A stretch of DNA of 64,000 bases from Planctomycetota bacterium (GTDB taxonomy: Bacteria > Planctomycetota > MHYJ01 > JACPTZ01), in the NCBI GenBank assembly GCA_016192525.1, contig JACPTZ010000154.1, positions 4,290 to 68,289 of the forward strand, read 5' to 3'. The translations under genes were made by a program, and so were the position numbers. Below the pieces are notes generated by a model that was not told where the DNA came from, did no database searches, and was given only the letters and a program-made list of their open reading frames with translations. The stretch's first letter is position 1; the number at the start of each line of letters is the position of its first letter. Shown here piece after piece: positions 60,715 to 64,000 of the stretch.

Positions 60715-60930
60715 CTACCGGGAGCCTCGCGCCCGTGTCTCCGGATGTGCCTGTGCCGCCTCGAGCCAGCCCTCGATGGCCTCGCGAATGTTCGCCCGGG
60801 CCTCGTCGCGTGTCCGCCCCTGACTCATGCACCCCGGAAGCGATGGACATTCGATGAACCAGAAGCCGCCGGCGTCACGCTTCATGCGGACCCGGAACTT
60901 CACGCGCGGCACGGTGACGGTGAGGGTCAT
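60715..60930 (-). CDS. hicB: HicB antitoxin (UPF0150 fold)
   Basis: GGFWFIECPSLPGCMSQGRTRDEARANIREAIEGWLE is the typical HicB N-domain. Confidence 0.75.
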   Translation of the reverse strand: MTLTVTVPRVKFRVRMKRDAGGFWFIECPSLPGCMSQGRTRDEARANIREAIEGWLEAAQAHPETRARGSR

Positions 60931-60984
60931 GAACTCAGTATGACGGAAAGTCCACCCGGATCAAACGAAAAACCTGCGCTTATC

Positions 60985-61149
60985 CTATCTGGCTCCCTTT
61001 CGGCTGTTGCACCTCCTGCACATCAGTTGAGCATTCGGCAGACTGGTTCTCCCTCCCCTATCGTGCGCGATGAGGTTTATCTGCCGATTCCGGTAGATGA
61101 GCATCAACTCGTTGATCGTTCGTTCACCAAAGTCGGCTTGCAGCGGCAT
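60985..61149 (-). pseudogene. HNH endonuclease C-terminal fragment (54 codons)
   Basis: INLIAHDRGGRTSLPNAQLMCRRCNSRKG matches the distal half of HNH (H..p..GG.....N.q.lC..CN..K). The first zinc-knuckle half is missing. It starts 11 nt after the E1-alpha stop. Confidence 0.45.
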
Positions 61150-61160
61150 AGTGTGTCTCC

Positions 61161-62309
61161 CTACAGCGGAAACTCCCCCCCGCCGCGCTCGCCCCTCCCG
61201 CGGCGACGCTCTTCGTCCAGCAGGGCGGCCCGCTGCTCCACGAGATTCGGCGGGAGTGCGGCGCAGACGTCGTCGAAGAGCGTCTCCAGCCCGGGCGGGC
61301 CGGCCGACTCCGCCTCGGCGATCGCCCGGTCGAGCGCGACCTTGAATTCCTCCTGCATCGCCTGCTCGTCCTTCGCCGACCACGCCTTCCTCGATTCGAG
61401 GTGCTTCCGGCCGCGGTCGATCGGGTCCTTCTTCTCCCACTCCCCCACCAGCGCGGCGTCGCGGTAGCGGCTCGGATCGTCCGAGGAGGAGTGCCCCCCC
61501 CGGCGAAAGGTCACCGCCTCGATCAGGGTGGGACCGTCTCCGCGACGGGCCCGTTCGGCGGCCTCGCGGGTCGCCATGTACACCGCGATCACGTCGTTCC
61601 CGTCCACCCGCACCCCGGGCATCCCGTAGGCGGACGCCTTTTCGGCGATCCCGACCGAGGCGGTCTGGGCGGCGAACGGGACGGAGATCGCCCACTGGTT
61701 GTTCTGGCAGAGGAACAGCACCGGCGCCTTCCAGACCGCCGCGAAATTCATCGCCACGTGGAACTCGGGGGACGAGGTGGCGCCGTCGCCGAGGTAAGCG
61801 ACGGCGATCGTATCCTGCTTCAGGAGCCGCGCGGCGTAGGCGGCGCCGACGGCGTGCGGGATCTGCGTCCCGATGCAGGACGACCACGAGACGAAGTTCA
61901 CGGCCCGGTCGCTGTAGTGGCAGGGCATCTGCCGGCCCTTGAGGAGATCGGCGCTGTTCCCGATGTTCTGCGCCGTGAGACGGGCGAGCGAATATCCGCG
62001 GAGGAGCGCCACGCCGCCCTGACGGAGGGCCGGAAAGACCCAGTCGGCGGGCCGGAGCGCCGCGCCGCTCCCTACGACCGCGGCCTCTTCACCCGTCGTG
62101 AGGCCGTAGAAGCCGATCCGCCCCTGCCGCTGGAGGGCCAGCATCCGCGTGTCCACGGCGCGAATGAGCGCCATGGCGCGATACAGGCGCTTCAGTTCGT
62201 CGAGCGGGAAAACGGGGGCGGCGGGATCGATGAGGGTGCCGTCGGGGCGGACAACCTGGAACAGGTCCAGCGCTGAGCCCTTGGCGTTCTTGGCGTCTTG
62301 GCGGCTCAT
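61161..62309 (-). CDS. 2-oxoacid dehydrogenase E1 component, alpha subunit (TPP-binding)
   Basis: GQEAxxxG-like [15 protein letters not shown] motif [41 protein letters not shown] 62309 overlaps the E2 stop (ATGA). Confidence 0.88.
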   Translation of the reverse strand: MSRQDAKNAKGSALDLFQVVRPDGTLIDPAAPVFPLDELKRLYRAMALIRAVDTRMLALQRQGRIGFYGLTTGEEAAVVGSGAALRPADWVFPALRQGGVALLRGYSLARLTAQNIGNSADLLKGRQMPCHYSDRAVNFVSWSSCIGTQIPHAVGAAYAARLLKQDTIAVAYLGDGATSSPEFHVAMNFAAVWKAPVLFLCQNNQWAISVPFAAQTASVGIAEKASAYGMPGVRVDGNDVIAVYMATREAAERARRGDGPTLIEAVTFRRGGHSSSDDPSRYRDAALVGEWEKKDPIDRGRKHLESRKAWSAKDEQAMQEEFKVALDRAIAEAESAGPPGLETLFDDVCAALPPNLVEQRAALLDEERRRGRGERGGGEFPL

Positions 62310-63622
62310 TTCGGGGCCAGGAGGAGCTCGAGGAGCAGCTGGGACGGGTTCTCGAGAATCTGCTTGAGGCGATTCATGAACTCCGTCCCCACGGCGCCGT
62401 CGATCACCCGGTGGTCGAGGGAGAGCGAGAGGCACATGATGTCGCGCACCACGATCTCGCCGTTCACCACCCACGGCTTCTTCTTGATCTGGTGGACGCC
62501 CAGGATCGCCACCTCCGGCCAGTTGATGACCGGCGTGGCGTGAAGCCCCCCGACCGAACCGACGCTCGTGATCGTGAAGGTGCTCCCCTGCAGGTCCTCC
62601 AGCTTGCTCTTCCCGATCCGCGCATCGGCCGCCACGCGGTCGATCTCGTGGGCGACTTCGAGGAGGTTTCTCCGGTCGACCTCCTTCACGACCGCCACCA
62701 TCAGCCCCTCCGGGGTGGCGACGCCGATCCCGAAGTTGTAGAACCGCTTGATGACGATTTCACCGCGCTCCTCGTCCAGCGAGGCGTTGAGCGTGGGGTG
62801 CTCCCTCATCGCGGAGACAAGGGCCTTCATGATGAAGGGCAGGTAGGTCAGCTTCACCCCGCCCTTTTCGGCCAGCTCCTTCGCGCGCTGCCGGAGATTG
62901 ACGAGATCCGTGACATCGAGTTCCTCGACGAGCGTGAAGTGCGCGGCGGTGTGCTTCGACTTCGACATCTTCTCGGCGATCTTCCGCCGGAGCCCGCGGA
63001 AGGGGACGCGCTCCTCCCGCGACCCGGCCGACGCCGGCAGCGGCGCCAGCGGGGAAACCGCCGGAGGGGCCGCCGGCAGCCGGCCGCCGGAGCCCAGGGC
63101 CCCCGGGGCGAGCGTCTTCAGAATGTCTTCACGGGTCACCCGTCCCAGCGGCCCGGAGCCCTGGACGAGGCGGATGTCGATCCCCTGCTCACGGGCGAAT
63201 TTCCGGACCGCGGGGGTGGAGAGCACCCGGCGGTCGGGATCGACCCCAACCGCGGGAGGAGGCGCCGCCATCGGGGGGGCGGTGACGGCCTGGGCCACCG
63301 CCCGAGCGTCGGCGGGGGGCGGAGCGGGCCGGGCCGCCGGAAGAGCCGGTGCGACAGGGGAGACGGGCACCGCCTTCGTCGCGGCCACCCCGTTCGTCCG
63401 GAAGGTGATGATCACCTTCCCCACCGGGACCTTGTCGCCCGGCTGGGCGAAGATCTTTTCGACCGATCCGGAGACGGGCGACGGAATCTCGACGGTAGCC
63501 TTGTCGGTCATCACCTCGACGAATGGCTGGCCTTCCTTCACCGGCCCACCCTCGGACACGAGCCATTTGACGATCTCGCCCTCGGCCACGCCTTCACCGA
63601 TGTCGGGGAGCTTGAAATCCAT
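62306..63622 (-). CDS. Dihydrolipoamide acyltransferase (E2) of a 2-oxoacid dehydrogenase complex
   Basis: Lipoyl domain ([14 protein letters not shown]), a PA-rich linker, a subunit-binding domain ([16 protein letters not shown]) and a catalytic [12 protein letters not shown]. Confidence 0.9.
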   Translation of the reverse strand: MDFKLPDIGEGVAEGEIVKWLVSEGGPVKEGQPFVEVMTDKATVEIPSPVSGSVEKIFAQPGDKVPVGKVIITFRTNGVAATKAVPVSPVAPALPAARPAPPPADARAVAQAVTAPPMAAPPPAVGVDPDRRVLSTPAVRKFAREQGIDIRLVQGSGPLGRVTREDILKTLAPGALGSGGRLPAAPPAVSPLAPLPASAGSREERVPFRGLRRKIAEKMSKSKHTAAHFTLVEELDVTDLVNLRQRAKELAEKGGVKLTYLPFIMKALVSAMREHPTLNASLDEERGEIVIKRFYNFGIGVATPEGLMVAVVKEVDRRNLLEVAHEIDRVAADARIGKSKLEDLQGSTFTITSVGSVGGLHATPVINWPEVAILGVHQIKKKPWVVNGEIVVRDIMCLSLSLDHRVIDGAVGTEFMNRLKQILENPSQLLLELLLAPK

Positions 63623-63631
63623 GGGGCACCT

Positions 63632-63664
63632 GGAGGAAAAACGTAAAACGCAAAACGTAATAAC
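63632..63664. repeat. Solo acgtaaaacg-type tandem arm (P-type element arm), followed by a repeat-rich non-coding tract running to the window end
   Basis: ggaggaaaaacgtaaaacgcaaaacgtaataac closely matches the reverse complement of the right arm at 15016-15041. Downstream there is a 12-bp stem acgaaggccatc/gatggccttcgt (63804-63872 region) and ttcgtggttc-like arms near 63965-63985. Confidence 0.5.
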
Positions 63665-64000
63665 TCAAGTTGACTGCTTTTTCACGGACTCCGGTCCGCC
63701 GAGGACGCCGAACACGCTGAGAGGAGACGGCGCCGCAGAGACGCAGAGGACGCGGAGACCGCGTACGGGCATGAGGGAGGAGGTGAAGGGCCGGCCCTGA
63801 ACGACGAAGGCCATCTCGCCGATACCGAGGTTGTCCAGACCTGTGGCATCGTTGGGAGGATGGCCTTCGTGTTCAAGATCGTCCGCTTTCCCTCCGCACT
63901 CCAGCCTTTCTTTCGCTCTTTGGAAACCGAGTTCCTTTGGCAACAGTACGAGTACTTTCGTTGGTTCGTGGTTCTGGCCGGCTTCGCCTGGGGTCGAAGG

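Noticed and set aside
60931-60984. The string ggaaagtccacccgg resembles the conserved GGAAAGUCCGGGC core of RNase P RNA.
   Set aside because: The intergenic tract is only 54 nt, far too short for RNase P RNA, and the similarity is limited to about 9 nt.
63665-63943. Small minus-strand ORFs (92 aa and 64 aa) near the window end.
   Set aside because: They lie in repeat-rich non-coding DNA with hairpins. They have no SD, atypical composition and no motifs.
1-64000. Search for tRNA, rRNA, tmRNA, riboswitch and CRISPR features in all intergenic tracts longer than 50 nt.
   Set aside because: No T-loop (GGTTCGAAT-like) or acceptor-stem pattern, no rRNA-like conserved blocks, and no recognisable riboswitch cores were seen. 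The intergenic space is explained by the palindromic repeat elements. Covariance-model scans would be needed to be certain.

Overview
This is a densely coding, high-GC bacterial chromosomal window (roughly two-thirds G+C by eye). I support about 60 CDS and found no rRNA, tRNA or CRISPR array.

Gene content, left to right:
- Housekeeping genes: surE, a NUDIX CoA pyrophosphatase, ribF and def.
- A Wza/Wzc-type polysaccharide export pair, co-oriented with a FecR/NTF2-like membrane protein and a 1110-aa zinc-ribbon/TPR Ser/Thr kinase.
- An acyl-CoA synthetase and a class I/II aminotransferase.
- A tightly overlapped operon: PadR, a polytopic VIT/vWA protein ending in a PEP-CTERM signal, an exosortase, an EpsI-like protein, a VanW-like protein and a methyltransferase-fold protein.
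- A roughly 15-kb soft-metal/metalloid block. It holds arsR-acr3-arsC, two SAM methyltransferases, three secreted HMA-like/HMBD/Cys-Gly-rich proteins, a Cys/His-rich leader protein and a cusCBA-like RND system. The CusB-like adaptor carries six HMBD modules and the CusA-like pump is 1401 aa.
- tauE, a LolA-like protein, an S41 peptidase, a HEAT-repeat protein, an FKBP and aat.
- A TetR-controlled molybdenum hydroxylase operon (2Fe-2S, MoCo and FAD subunits). It is interrupted by an AT-richer three-gene cassette: a nuclease-like protein, a PIN toxin and a wHTH protein.
- hicAB, an HNH remnant, and 2-oxoacid dehydrogenase E2 plus E1-alpha genes with no E1-beta.

Intergenic DNA is full of nested-palindrome repeat elements. 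One such element appears to sit in frame inside the aminotransferase gene. Many gene pairs overlap by ATGA, which suggests translational coupling.

The best candidates for an undescribed system are the PadR/HAAS-exosortase-VIT/vWA-VanW module (18.7-24.9 kb) and the HMBD-array metal efflux and chaperone cluster (28.8-40.8 kb).

Lineage cannot be determined from sequence alone. The content is compatible with a PVC/Planctomycetota-like or other high-GC environmental bacterium.

All family assignments come from motif recognition by eye, not from database searches.
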